Part shown: positions 1 through 9,431 of the stretch, one piece after another | Position numbering within the stretch: position 1 is the stretch's first letter | Layout of the letters: every line of letters begins with the position of its first letter | DNA from: an uncultured Victivallales bacterium | GTDB lineage: Bacteria > Verrucomicrobiota > Kiritimatiellia > UBA8416 > CAYSRM01 | NCBI GenBank assembly: GCA_964475205.1 | Contig: CAYYVQ010000003.1 | Coordinates: 13,915-77,914 of the forward strand | Length of the DNA: 64,000 nucleotides | Direction of reading: 5' to 3' | Notes under the pieces: model-generated | What the model saw: only the letters and a program-made list of their open reading frames with translations | The model's database searches: none | Told to the model about the DNA's origin: nothing | Translations under genes and position numbers: made by a program

Positions 1-1156
1 TGATGCAGAGTCCGCCGGAGCTTGTTTCTGCAACGATCCTTTGATGGGCGCGTTTATTTGAGGCAAACAGGTAGAGCGCCAATGGTTTCGGGCCTGCCTG
101 GACCGTATGGATGGCTTCGTCCAGATTTTCGCAGGTAATAACCGGTAAAATGGGACCGAATATTTCCTCGTGCATCAGTTTGGAGTTTCTGTCGACTTGA
201 ACCATTATGGTTGGCGAAATTTGAAGCTTGTCTCGGTTGTATTTGCCGCCTGCGAACACTGTGCCGTGTTCGAGATAGCTCACAAGCCTTTCGAAATGGG
301 TGGCGTTTATAATTCGCTGCATGCTTTCGCCTGCATTACTGGCGTTCCCGCAAAAGCTCTCTTTCAACCTCTTCAAGAATGATTCCCTTATGTGTTTTTC
401 AACAAGAACGTAATCAGGCGCAACGCAGGTCTGTCCTGAGTTGAGGAGTTTTCCCCATGCTATGCGCCTTCCCGCTACTTCTATATCGGCATCTGAGCAG
501 ACTATGCAGGGGCACTTTCCTCCGAGTTCAAGTGTTACAGGTGTAAGATTTTCGGCTGCGGCGGACATGACTTCACGGCCTACATGAGTGCTGCCGGTAA
601 AAAAAATAAAATCGAAATCCCGTTGAACCAGTTCTTTGGCTGCACGCCAGTCGCCCTGCACTACGGCTATGTATTCTTCGGGAAACAGGTCTTTAAACAT
701 TGCCTGGAGCGCTTTGCAAGTGGCCGGAGCAAACTCTGAAGGCTTAATGACGACGCAATTGCCTGCGGCAATTGCGCCTGTAAGCGGTGAAATGAGAAGT
801 TGAAACGGATAATTCCATGGGCCTATGATAAGAGCTGAGCCGTAAGGTTCAGGATAAATGAACGACCGGCCGGGCCAGGCAATCAGTGGCGTTCTTCGCC
901 TTTTTTCCCTGTTCCAGCGGTGCAGGTTTCGAATTGCATGGTTTATATCGCTGAGCACAAAGCCGACTTCGGATGCATAACTTTCTGTCTCTGTCTTGCC
1001 TGTATCTTCTGAGAGCGCCTTTATGATCTGTGTTTCATTCTGTTCTATAGCCGTTTTAAGTATGTTCAGCGACCTGAGCCTGAAAGACAGGCTGCGGGTA
1101 TGGCCTTTTCGGATGAATTCTTTTTGTCTATTAATAACTTCTTGTGCGTTTTCCAT
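1..1156 (-). CDS. Aldehyde dehydrogenase, ALDH3/AldH-like (3' end runs off the window; not in ORF track)
   Basis: Manual minus-strand translation from ATG 1156 (alternative 1171): MENAQEVINRQKEF...PEPYGSALIIGPWNYPFQL...GAIAAGNCVVIKPSE...FFTGSTHVG...LELGGKCP...NSGQTCVAPDY...EEIFGPILP. These are the canonical ALDH motifs, including catalytic Glu and Cys. Confidence 0.93.
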   Translation of the reverse strand, partial: MENAQEVINRQKEFIRKGHTRSLSFRLRSLNILKTAIEQNETQIIKALSEDTGKTETESYASEVGFVLSDINHAIRNLHRWNREKRRRTPLIAWPGRSFIYPEPYGSALIIGPWNYPFQLLISPLTGAIAAGNCVVIKPSEFAPATCKALQAMFKDLFPEEYIAVVQGDWRAAKELVQRDFDFIFFTGSTHVGREVMSAAAENLTPVTLELGGKCPCIVCSDADIEVAGRRIAWGKLLNSGQTCVAPDYVLVEKHIRESFLKRLKESFCGNASNAGESMQRIINATHFERLVSYLEHGTVFAGGKYNRDKLQISPTIMVQVDRNSKLMHEEIFGPILPVITCENLDEAIHTVQAGPKPLALYLFASNKRAHQRIVAETSSGGLCI

Positions 1157-1229
1157 TGTTGAACAGAGCATATGTTTTTTGTTATAAGTAAAATTTAACA
1201 AAGATCTTTTTTAAAATCCAGATGGAAGA

Positions 1230-2729
1230 ATGCCTGTGTCTGCTCAGAAAAAGAAGAATATTATTGTTATAGGATCCGGGCTTGGAGGCATATCGGCAGC
1301 AATATCCCTTGCCCAGGCCGGACATCAGGTCGATATTTTCGAAAAAAACGAAAAGATCGGTGGGAAACTTAATTTTCTGGAGAAAGACGGCTACACCTTT
1401 GACCTGGGGCCTTCTATACTTACCTTGCCCCAGAACTTCCGCCGGTTGTTTGAACGGTCCGGACGCAGGATGTCGGACTATTTCACTATTCGCCCCGTCA
1501 GGCCACACTGGCGAAATTTTTTTGAAGATGGAACTGTTCTTGATCTGCACCCGGCCCCCGAAGTCATGGCCGGAGAGGCCCGTAAAGTGGGGGAACGCCC
1601 GGAACATATCCAGTCATTCCTTGAGTATTCCGCGCGTTTATATGACCTCGTTGAGAGGGGATATTTTCAGCAAGGGCTGGATACTCTGCAGGATTTCAAG
1701 CGGTTTTACGGCGTTTGGGATTTTCCCCGGTTTGATCTGCTCAGAAGCATGGATGGCGCTGTAAGAAAGCGCCTTCTTACTCCTTATTTTCGCGATATTT
1801 TTGATTTTTTTATAAAATATGTTGGATCCTCCGCCCTTAGATCTCCGGCTTTTATGAATTGTCTCCCGACAATTCAGTTCAGGCATGATCTCTGGTATGT
1901 GGATGGCGGGATGTACAACATTGCCAGGGGGCTGAATCGGTTGATGCATGACCTTGGCGTCAAGGTGAACTGCAACAGCGAGGTCAGCCGGATTATAACT
2001 GATGAAAATTCCGTTCAGGGAGTTGTTCTGGCCTCAGGGCGTGAGGTCAAGGCGGACGCGATCGTATGCAACATGGAATTCATTCCGGCGTGCAAGTTTC
2101 TGCTGGGCGAAGACAGCAGGCGCATAAACAAGCTTGAAAGAAAATATGAGCCTGCATGTTCAGGGTTGGTAATCGACCTTGGTCTTGATGTTACATATCC
2201 CCGGCTTGCGCACCATAATTTTTTCTTTTCCGCTGACCAGAAGAAGCATTTTCGCAGTGTATTTGAGCAGCACTGTCTTCCTGAAGATCCCACCCTTTAC
2301 GTTGTTGCAGCAGCAAGGTCGGATCGTGGAATTGCCCCCGAAGGTTGCGATGTGCTGAAGATTCTGCCGCACATACCCTACATAGATAATAACCAGCCGA
2401 TTCCCGATGACCGGTACAGGCAGCTGAAAGATGTTGTTGTTAGAAAGCTTGAGAGGATGGGCCTGGCCGATCTTCGAAGGCATATTGTAACCGAGCATTT
2501 CTGGACCCCGAAGGATATCTATAAGAACTACTACTCGAATCGCGGTTCGATTTACGGAGTCGTTTGCGACAGGTTCCGAAATTTTGGATTCAAAGCTCCG
2601 AAACGAAGCACGGAATACAGGAATCTTTTCTTTGCCGGCGGTTCTGTTAATCCAGGCGGGGGGATGCCGATGGTTGTTTTAAGCGGTCAGCAAGCTGCAG
2701 GGATGGTTTCGGATGTTCTTGCCCGGTGA
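1230..2729 (+). CDS. crtP: Phytoene desaturase family protein, CrtP/CrtNb-type (4,4'-diaponeurosporene/diapolycopene oxygenase-like)
   Basis: GxGxxG FAD motif, FDLGPSILT, FIKYVGSS, LAHHNFFF, KILPHIPYI, SNRGSIYGVV, GGSVNPGGGMPMV. These closely follow my recollection of S. aureus CrtP. Confidence 0.82.
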   Translation: MPVSAQKKKNIIVIGSGLGGISAAISLAQAGHQVDIFEKNEKIGGKLNFLEKDGYTFDLGPSILTLPQNFRRLFERSGRRMSDYFTIRPVRPHWRNFFEDGTVLDLHPAPEVMAGEARKVGERPEHIQSFLEYSARLYDLVERGYFQQGLDTLQDFKRFYGVWDFPRFDLLRSMDGAVRKRLLTPYFRDIFDFFIKYVGSSALRSPAFMNCLPTIQFRHDLWYVDGGMYNIARGLNRLMHDLGVKVNCNSEVSRIITDENSVQGVVLASGREVKADAIVCNMEFIPACKFLLGEDSRRINKLERKYEPACSGLVIDLGLDVTYPRLAHHNFFFSADQKKHFRSVFEQHCLPEDPTLYVVAAARSDRGIAPEGCDVLKILPHIPYIDNNQPIPDDRYRQLKDVVVRKLERMGLADLRRHIVTEHFWTPKDIYKNYYSNRGSIYGVVCDRFRNFGFKAPKRSTEYRNLFFAGGSVNPGGGMPMVVLSGQQAAGMVSDVLAR

Positions 2730-2839
2730 CCTCATGGAGGTTGGAGCCGGCAGAGATGAAGGATTGATTTTAAATGCTTGATGTTGATGTGACGGATTGT
2801 TCGAAGATTTCACTGGGGCAGGTGGTGACAGGAGTCGGG

Positions 2840-3625
2840 TTGCAGGTTTGCGTCCTGGGAAGCGGAAGTTCGGGAAACTGCACTTATGTAGGGTCGTCGG
2901 CAGGGGGAATCCTGATAGACGCCGGGTTGAGCTACAAGGAAACGGAACTAAGGCTGAAGGCGGCGGGCATCGTTCCGGGTATGGTTCAAGCCGTATGCGT
3001 TACTCATGAGCACGATGATCATATCTCGAGTCTGGGCGTTATCTACAGGCGTTTGGGCGTTCCATTGTATGCTAATGCCGGCACAATCAACGCCATTGAA
3101 TCCAGGGAAAAATTTCAGGGGCTTCCGTGGAATGTTTTTACAAATGGAGCATCATTTGAGATAGGCGGTTTGCGGATAGAGCCTTTTTCGGTTCCGCACG
3201 ATGCTTATGATCCGGTGGGCTTCGTGGTTGAGTCCGGAGGCGCCAGGGCCGGGGTTGTGACCGATATGGGCACGGCCACCGAGCTTATTCGAGACAGGTT
3301 GAAATCCTGTGATGTTATTGTTGTTGAGTGCAACCATGATAAAGATCTTTTGAGGGACTCTTCCCGGCCCTGGTTTCTGAAGCAGCGCATACAAGGCAGG
3401 CAGGGACATTTGTCGAATGACCAGACCGTTGAGTTTCTTTGCCAGACTGCCGGACCTCATACGCGCGCGGTATATCTTGCGCATATGAGCTCTGATTGCA
3501 ACTGTCCGGACGCCGCTCTTGGTTATGTGAAGCAAGGGTTGGTTGATGCCGGATTCAGTTCAATTAAGGTTAATTTGACTTATCCGGACAGGGTGAGCGA
3601 GGTATTTGATATGGGCCCGAAATAA
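2840..3625 (+). CDS. MBL-fold metallo-hydrolase, YycJ/WalJ-like
   Basis: LGSGSSGN, THEHDDH, VPHDA, TDMG, ECNHD, GHLSN, LAHMS. TTG at 2840 follows AGGAG; the ORF track start is 2774. Confidence 0.88.
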   Translation: MQVCVLGSGSSGNCTYVGSSAGGILIDAGLSYKETELRLKAAGIVPGMVQAVCVTHEHDDHISSLGVIYRRLGVPLYANAGTINAIESREKFQGLPWNVFTNGASFEIGGLRIEPFSVPHDAYDPVGFVVESGGARAGVVTDMGTATELIRDRLKSCDVIVVECNHDKDLLRDSSRPWFLKQRIQGRQGHLSNDQTVEFLCQTAGPHTRAVYLAHMSSDCNCPDAALGYVKQGLVDAGFSSIKVNLTYPDRVSEVFDMGPK

Positions 3626-3747
3626 GCGAGGATTTCGTCGCGAGAGTGCGCAGGCGCGGGCGATGGCTTGCTCGCAGCAGGAAGACTTGCTTGTTTCGGG
3701 CCCAGATCGGCATCAAGGGGCCTGAGAAGATGGCGGGGAAGAAGCAA

Positions 3748-3772
3748 AAAGGGCGAGGCCTGCCTCGCCTTT
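3748..3772. terminator. GC-rich hairpin between convergent genes (REP-like or intrinsic terminator)
   Basis: aaagggcgaggc-ct-gcctcgccttt, directly after the lpxB stop. Confidence 0.5.
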
Positions 3773-3775
3773 ACG

Positions 3776-4948
3776 TTATGCCTGTTGGGATATTTCGCGT
3801 TTTTTCAGTTCGCGTACGATGATGTGTGCGGCCTTTTCTTCGGAATTGCCTTCTCCAAGGTTTTCCCGGACCTTCTCCAGTTCATTAAGCATTACTTTCC
3901 GGGCGGAGCTTTCTTTCAAAAGAGGCACAGTTTTGGCAGCCATGTTGTTCGGCGTGGCTTTATGTTGAACAAGTTCGGGGCATATTTCCTTGCCTGCTAT
4001 GATATTGACCATGGCGATATTTTTGATCCTGATTAACGCTCTTGCGGCAAGATATTCCAGAAAGCCTGCGCGGTAAGTGACTACCATGGGGCAGCGCATC
4101 AGCGCGGCTTCTATAGTTGCTGTGCCGGAAGCGATAATGGCCGCTTTTGACTGGCAAAGAACATGCCGTGTCTGGCCTGTGACGATTCGCCATTGATGAG
4201 GCGGGAGCCTGCCTTTAGTCATTATATCGTTTGAAAGCGAGGCCATTTTTTCTGAGGGTGCGGCGATAATGAAAGAAGCATCTGGAAAAGTTTTTTCTAT
4301 CCGGCAGGCAGCCTGCTTCATCGCCGGCAGCAGCCTTGTAATTTCGTGTTTGCGGCTTCCGGGTAGAAGCGCTACCCGGGGTTGACCAGCCCATGGAAGC
4401 TGCGCAGGGGATTGAGAAATCACTGCTTTTGCTTCATCGACCAGGGGGTGTCCCGCAAAGTCGACTTTGAGCCCGGTTCCCTCGAAGAGTCCAGGTTCAA
4501 AAGGAAATATAGTTATGAGCCGGTCCAGCGAGCGAGCCATTTTTGGTATTCGTCCCTTATTCCATGCCCACACCTGTGGGGAGATATAGTAGATCACGCA
4601 AATACCCATTTCGCGCAGCCGCCTGGCCAGGCGAAGATTGAACCCGGGATAGTCGACAAGTATGGCGCATTCGGGACGTCTTTTTTGGGCAAGCTCAATG
4701 ATCGAGTTAAAGACCCTTTTAAAAAACGGGAGGCGCCGTATTACTTGTGAAACCCCCATGACGTCCATATTATCGGTGCTGAAGGTTATTTCCATTCCGG
4801 TTTTGGACAGACACGGTCCGCCAATGCCCCAGAAAGAACGGTCTGAAAGTTCCTCTTGAAGAGTTGAGATAACCTTGGCTGCATGCATGTCTCCGGAGAC
4901 TTCTCCGGTGACCACCAGAATATTTTTTTCAGAATCGCTCTTTATCAA
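3776..4948 (-). CDS. lpxB: Lipid-A-disaccharide synthase
   Basis: GEVSGD, VDYPGFN, YYISPQVWAW, GHPL, LLPGSR, SGTATIE. Confidence 0.96.
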   Translation of the reverse strand: MIKSDSEKNILVVTGEVSGDMHAAKVISTLQEELSDRSFWGIGGPCLSKTGMEITFSTDNMDVMGVSQVIRRLPFFKRVFNSIIELAQKRRPECAILVDYPGFNLRLARRLREMGICVIYYISPQVWAWNKGRIPKMARSLDRLITIFPFEPGLFEGTGLKVDFAGHPLVDEAKAVISQSPAQLPWAGQPRVALLPGSRKHEITRLLPAMKQAACRIEKTFPDASFIIAAPSEKMASLSNDIMTKGRLPPHQWRIVTGQTRHVLCQSKAAIIASGTATIEAALMRCPMVVTYRAGFLEYLAARALIRIKNIAMVNIIAGKEICPELVQHKATPNNMAAKTVPLLKESSARKVMLNELEKVRENLGEGNSEEKAAHIIVRELKKREISQQA

Positions 4949-5895
4949 GATGGATTTTCCCTTATGTTACGGCATATTTCCACTGCAAGATGCAAAGCAG
5001 CCGAGGCGTGTTGTCCTGATACGACCGGGTCGGATTTTGTCTTTACACATTTTAGAAATGCTTCGAGTTCCTCGGGCAGGGGCTCTCCTGTTTCTATTGG
5101 AACGTTGGACGAAGAAATTGACCTGCCCTGTTTTGTATAGAGCTGGCCTGACTGGCGCAGGTAGTCGAGTGACATATAGGTGTCTTTCTGGAATACCCTG
5201 ATTTTACGTGTTTTTTCCATGCTTATTCTGCTGGCAGTAAGGTTGGCCACGCAGCCGTTTTCAAATAGCAGCCGGACGTTTGCTATGTCTTCTGTAGGGC
5301 TCAAAACCGGAACGCCAACTGCGTGGATTTCTTTGCAACGGGACTGAACAATATGAAGGATGATATCCAGATCATGGATCATGAGGTCATGCACAACACT
5401 CACTTCAGTCCCTCTCGGTATCTGGTTTTCTCTTGGCGGAGGATAGGGCGCCAGGCGGACTGCTTCTATAAACTGAGGCGATTCCAGGTTGCCTTCCATG
5501 AAGCGTATTACCGGGTTGAATCTTTCAATATGCCCGACTTGAAGGATCAAATTTCTATCTTCAGCAAGTTCAACCATTTTTTCGGCTTCCACAGTGGTTG
5601 CGGCTATAGGCTTTTCCACAAGCAGGTGTATCCCTTTTCTCAGGAGACCCATCCCGACGTCGAAATGTTTATCGGTAGGGACTGCCACGCTGATTGCAGC
5701 GGCTTCATCGGCAAGTGCATCGAGTTCTTTAAATGGAACGGTATTATATGTACGGGCTATTTCGTTAAGATGATCTTCATTTGTATCATATATGCCGACC
5801 AGTTCCGCGGCCGGGGATTCCGAATAAACCCGGACGTGATGCTGTCCGAGTGCGCCTACGCCGACTACGCCTACCTTTACAGGGTTATTTCTCAT
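4945..5895 (-). CDS. Gfo/Idh/MocA oxidoreductase, GnnA-like (UDP-GlcNAc 3-dehydrogenase candidate)
   Basis: GVGALG, VEKP, VGHIERFNP, DLMIHDLD, TASRIS; lies between lpxI and lpxB. Confidence 0.85.
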   Translation of the reverse strand: MRNNPVKVGVVGVGALGQHHVRVYSESPAAELVGIYDTNEDHLNEIARTYNTVPFKELDALADEAAAISVAVPTDKHFDVGMGLLRKGIHLLVEKPIAATTVEAEKMVELAEDRNLILQVGHIERFNPVIRFMEGNLESPQFIEAVRLAPYPPPRENQIPRGTEVSVVHDLMIHDLDIILHIVQSRCKEIHAVGVPVLSPTEDIANVRLLFENGCVANLTASRISMEKTRKIRVFQKDTYMSLDYLRQSGQLYTKQGRSISSSNVPIETGEPLPEELEAFLKCVKTKSDPVVSGQHASAALHLAVEICRNIRENPS

Positions 5896-6075
5896 GTAAG
5901 TTGTCCTATGCTTTTGTTGTCCGGTTTTTCGAAGAAGAGATTACCAGTAAGAGGGGGATTATCAATCCCGAAAGGCCGGAGTGAAGGGCAAGTGTCCGGG
6001 CCTTGTATGAGTTTGTTGCCCGTATGGAGCAAGTCGAAAATTCTTAGCATTTTGAATTCCTGAGAACAAAACTGT

Positions 6076-6897
6076 CTATTTTTTAACCGAGACGATAGCA
6101 ATACCTGCCTTGTCGGCAGCACTGATCAGATCATCCCGGTTGAGCATAATAGCTTTACCTGCCTGTAACGCGAGCGCTGAGGCAGAATATTTTTTCAAAA
6201 TCCTTATTGTGGTCGAACCGACAACAGGTATATCAAACCTCATATCATGGCCTTTTTTGGCGGTCTTGACTATCACCGTGCCTTTACCTGCCAGGCGGGC
6301 TGCTCTTTTGATGGTTTCGTTGGTGCCCTCGAAAGCTTCAACTGCCACGATGGTTCCGCCTTTTACGATAACAGTTTGCCCGATTTCAAGATTGCTTGTC
6401 GCAGTGGCGACGGTCAGACCCAGCCGGATGTCCCTCCATTGATCTTCACCTGGTTCGCGGCAAGTCAGCACGCCTTCGGGCGCCATATGTTCTTCCATAA
6501 ATGTTGAAGCGGAAGCCAGGCTGATTCCGTTTTCCGCAAGTTTATCAGCCACCGCGCCGAAAATGCTATGGGCATTACGAGCGGGCAGTGAGGCCAGAAG
6601 CTTGATCATCTCCATATCCATCCTTACCCGAAACAGATGTGTGGGAGTAATCTGGCCTGCCATGACGGCGCGGCTGACGTTATGTTTCTTTAACGCATTG
6701 ATGAGGGAGGCCAAACCGCCTATAGGCAGCCACTCGACCGTGTCGGCGAACTTTTCGATATTCCTGCTGGTTTCTTTTTTGAACGCAACGGCGCATATTT
6801 TTTTAACGCCTTGTTTTTTTGCAGCCTCCGCAAGCAGGATAGGATATTCCCCTTTTCCTGCAATTATCCCCAGGATGGAATTTGTGGTATCAATCAT
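6076..6897 (-). CDS. lpxI: UDP-2,3-diacylglucosamine diphosphatase LpxI
   Basis: GIIAGKG, IGQTVIV, AVEAFEGT, DMRFDIPVVG; context next to lpxB. Confidence 0.93.
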   Translation of the reverse strand: MIDTTNSILGIIAGKGEYPILLAEAAKKQGVKKICAVAFKKETSRNIEKFADTVEWLPIGGLASLINALKKHNVSRAVMAGQITPTHLFRVRMDMEMIKLLASLPARNAHSIFGAVADKLAENGISLASASTFMEEHMAPEGVLTCREPGEDQWRDIRLGLTVATATSNLEIGQTVIVKGGTIVAVEAFEGTNETIKRAARLAGKGTVIVKTAKKGHDMRFDIPVVGSTTIRILKKYSASALALQAGKAIMLNRDDLISAADKAGIAIVSVKK

Positions 6898-6974
6898 GGA
6901 AAAACTATAGTGTTATGATGTTGTTTAAAAAAGTCAAATTTAAGGGATCTGTATGCCTGTAGCTATGATTTCCG

Positions 6975-7838
6975 CTACGTTGAGTGTCGTGGATTGCGTA
7001 CAAAAATTATGTCGCCAAGCTTTACTTCCAGCTCTCTTGCGACCAGCTCGCACTTTGCCTTTAGAAGGAAATAAATATTTTCGGGTCTGTCATTGCAGGT
7101 TTCAAAGTTTCCCTGACCCTTGCTTAAAACTATGTCAGCCTGCTTCAAATGGGCGATAAATTCGGATGAGGCGGATTCCCAGTTCACCCCGATATCATTT
7201 GAGCCTGTTTCAATAACGCGGGCCACATCGCGCATGTTGACTGTTTCTGCGTCTTCCATGGTGGCGTCGTTGATAATAGGTCCGGACTTTACTGTGAAGG
7301 TTACATCGAGTCCGAGTTGCACGAGCTGTTCTATGAGGAGTTTGTCGAACATGATTTCTCCGGCGTTATCGCCTAGATAGAGTAAACGCTTGTTTTTTGC
7401 GAGTTCCCGGCGGAACACATCAATATCAGATTTGGCGAAGCCTCTATCCATTAATATTCGTAAATCGGCAAGAATGTCGAAGTCATGGGTTATTCCCATA
7501 TCGATAAGGTTGCCCGCGGCAGCAGCATGCAACGCCTTGTCAATCGGATCGGCGGATTCTTCTATCTCGACGCGGATTTCCTTTGCAAGTTCCATTGCAG
7601 TTATGTTGCTTTCTTTCTTGTCTTCGTAATAAGGATCTTCGACTCCCATCACTTCTTTCAAGGCGGTATATGCCGGTTTGGAAAGGTTCGCCGGAGTTTG
7701 TTCCAGAGAAGAACTGGAAAGCAGACCTGCCACGTGCCGCAGGACTTCTGCTTGCGTTTCCGTGTCATCGGTAAATTTTCGCGCGGTTCTTAATGCCTGG
7801 GTAAACGCGCAAATTATACATTCGGGTTTTGCTTTCAT
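6975..7838 (-). CDS. DUF89/ARMT1-like damage-control phosphatase
   Basis: CIIC near the N-terminus, DPY, AGNLID, DNAGE, IINDAT, KGQGNFE, LLKAKC; probable start MKAKPEC at 7838. Confidence 0.9.
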   Translation of the reverse strand: MKAKPECIICAFTQALRTARKFTDDTETQAEVLRHVAGLLSSSSLEQTPANLSKPAYTALKEVMGVEDPYYEDKKESNITAMELAKEIRVEIEESADPIDKALHAAAAGNLIDMGITHDFDILADLRILMDRGFAKSDIDVFRRELAKNKRLLYLGDNAGEIMFDKLLIEQLVQLGLDVTFTVKSGPIINDATMEDAETVNMRDVARVIETGSNDIGVNWESASSEFIAHLKQADIVLSKGQGNFETCNDRPENIYFLLKAKCELVARELEVKLGDIIFVRNPRHST

Positions 7839-7968
7839 CTTCTTTTCTTTCCATGGTCGTGGCGCTTCACATGTATTGGAATGCCGGCAAAGCACTTGAT
7901 TTAACAAAGTCCTCTATATTCGGGCGGATACTCATGATCGCACAATAAATTTTCGTGTATCATGGCCC

Positions 7969-8394
7969 TTATCCTGCCGTCTTATGTTGGGGTGAAGAAA
8001 AATATTTATTCGCCGGATCTCGAAAAAGGAAAAGGATTATTATGACAAATATGAGAAGGCCGGGCAGCACGTCGGCTTTGGCTGGTGCGGTTACGGCGCT
8101 AATGGCGAATCCAATGATGCTCCAGCCGAGGAACAGGAGGCGGCCCCAGTTTTGTCCTTTGAGAATGCCTGCGCCGGATATAATGTAGATCAGGAATCCC
8201 CCGAATGTTATTGCGTAGTAGGCCGGCATGGGCAACGGATGTTCTGAGAGATATTTTTGCATAGCTTCAGTATTCAAGTTGCCTGCCGCAGCAACCGTAA
8301 GCATTCCGCCTGTTATTATCAATATCCAGCCTATGGCCGTTATGGATTTAGGGCGTTGTATCTTTTTTTCCTGTCTTTTCATATGCTGTTTCAT
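7969..8394 (-). CDS. Small four-TM membrane protein (RPxxIT...NWGR type, YbjO/DUF2593-like)
   Basis: RPKSITAIG, GQNWGRLLF, ANKYF; four hydrophobic segments. Confidence 0.65.
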   Translation of the reverse strand: MKQHMKRQEKKIQRPKSITAIGWILIITGGMLTVAAAGNLNTEAMQKYLSEHPLPMPAYYAITFGGFLIYIISGAGILKGQNWGRLLFLGWSIIGFAISAVTAPAKADVLPGLLIFVIIILFLFRDPANKYFSSPQHKTAG

Positions 8395-8717
8395 AGTTAC
8401 ACTGCCATCGGCGTCAGTGGGATCCTCGGTTGAATTCCAGCGGCGTTGATGTCAATCCGGACTTACGCCTCAGGCCGCCTTTGGCCGCAACAAAGGTGGT
8501 CCTTAGGGCGTTAGCCACCGGATCGCCAGGCCGCGTCATTTTCGTCCTTCCGTCTTTGCTTCGTTGCGGCATGGCGAGGGAGGGCGAGTCATTTGCGGCT
8601 ACGGCGCGTCAGTGGCTCGTTTAGCGTCGGTCATTTTTTTGTTTCCATTCGTGCGTGAATATCACAGTGTTGATCGAATTTTCTACGCGGAACCCACAAA
8701 ATCTACGGTTTCAGAAT

Positions 8718-9143
8718 TTATTCCCCGGATTCTTCAACGACTGTGAGTTCGAAAGTCAGGTCTTTGCCCGCCAGGGGGTGATTGGCGTCTAGCTTGACCT
8801 CATTTTCCTTGACTTCTATGACTCTGACGGGTATTTCACCCTGTTCAGACTGCATTTTGAGCATCATTCCTTCTTTGGGCGTAATATTGCCAGGGAATTT
8901 ATCTCTTGGGATAGCTGCAACCATATCTTCCCGGTGATCACCGTATGCTTCTTTTGAAGGAACCTCAACTTTTCGGGTCTCGCCTTCCTTCATCTCGATT
9001 ACCGCTTTTTCTACGCCCTGGATCATCTGGCCTTCGCCGACTGTAAATGACAGCGGTTCCCGGCCTTCTGATGAATCAAAAACTTCCCCATCTTTTAGCA
9101 TGCCCTTGTAACGTACTTTGACGTTTTTACCTTTTTGTACCAC
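8718..9143 (-). CDS. FKBP-type peptidyl-prolyl isomerase (SlyD/FkpB-like, no His tail)
   Basis: FDSS, VGEGQMIQG, AYG, LDANHPLAGKDLTF. Confidence 0.93.
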   Translation of the reverse strand: MVQKGKNVKVRYKGMLKDGEVFDSSEGREPLSFTVGEGQMIQGVEKAVIEMKEGETRKVEVPSKEAYGDHREDMVAAIPRDKFPGNITPKEGMMLKMQSEQGEIPVRVIEVKENEVKLDANHPLAGKDLTFELTVVEESGE

Positions 9144-9431
9144 TTGTTTTCTCCATCCTGATTAGTTTTGCCGGGATAATGCAATGGCGGCGTTTCCGTC
9201 AGCGGCAGATGCGCATGCGGACTTATCGAATTCCTGGCAGAACAATTCGGCCACACTACGCCGCCAAACAAGGAGAATACTTGATTTATATTATATTTAA
9301 AGGGAAAATTGAGCAGTAAATTCTTATATGGGGCTTCGGGGGTCTACCCTACGGCAGCGCTTTCCCGACTCTCGTTACGAAATCCTTTGCAATTATTGTT
9401 TTGCCTTATTGGTGTATAGGTTCTTATTATT

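Noticed and set aside
5892-6122. 76-aa ORF between lpxI and the oxidoreductase
   Set aside because: It overlaps lpxI by 47 bp with a non-ATG start and has no motifs; probably spurious.
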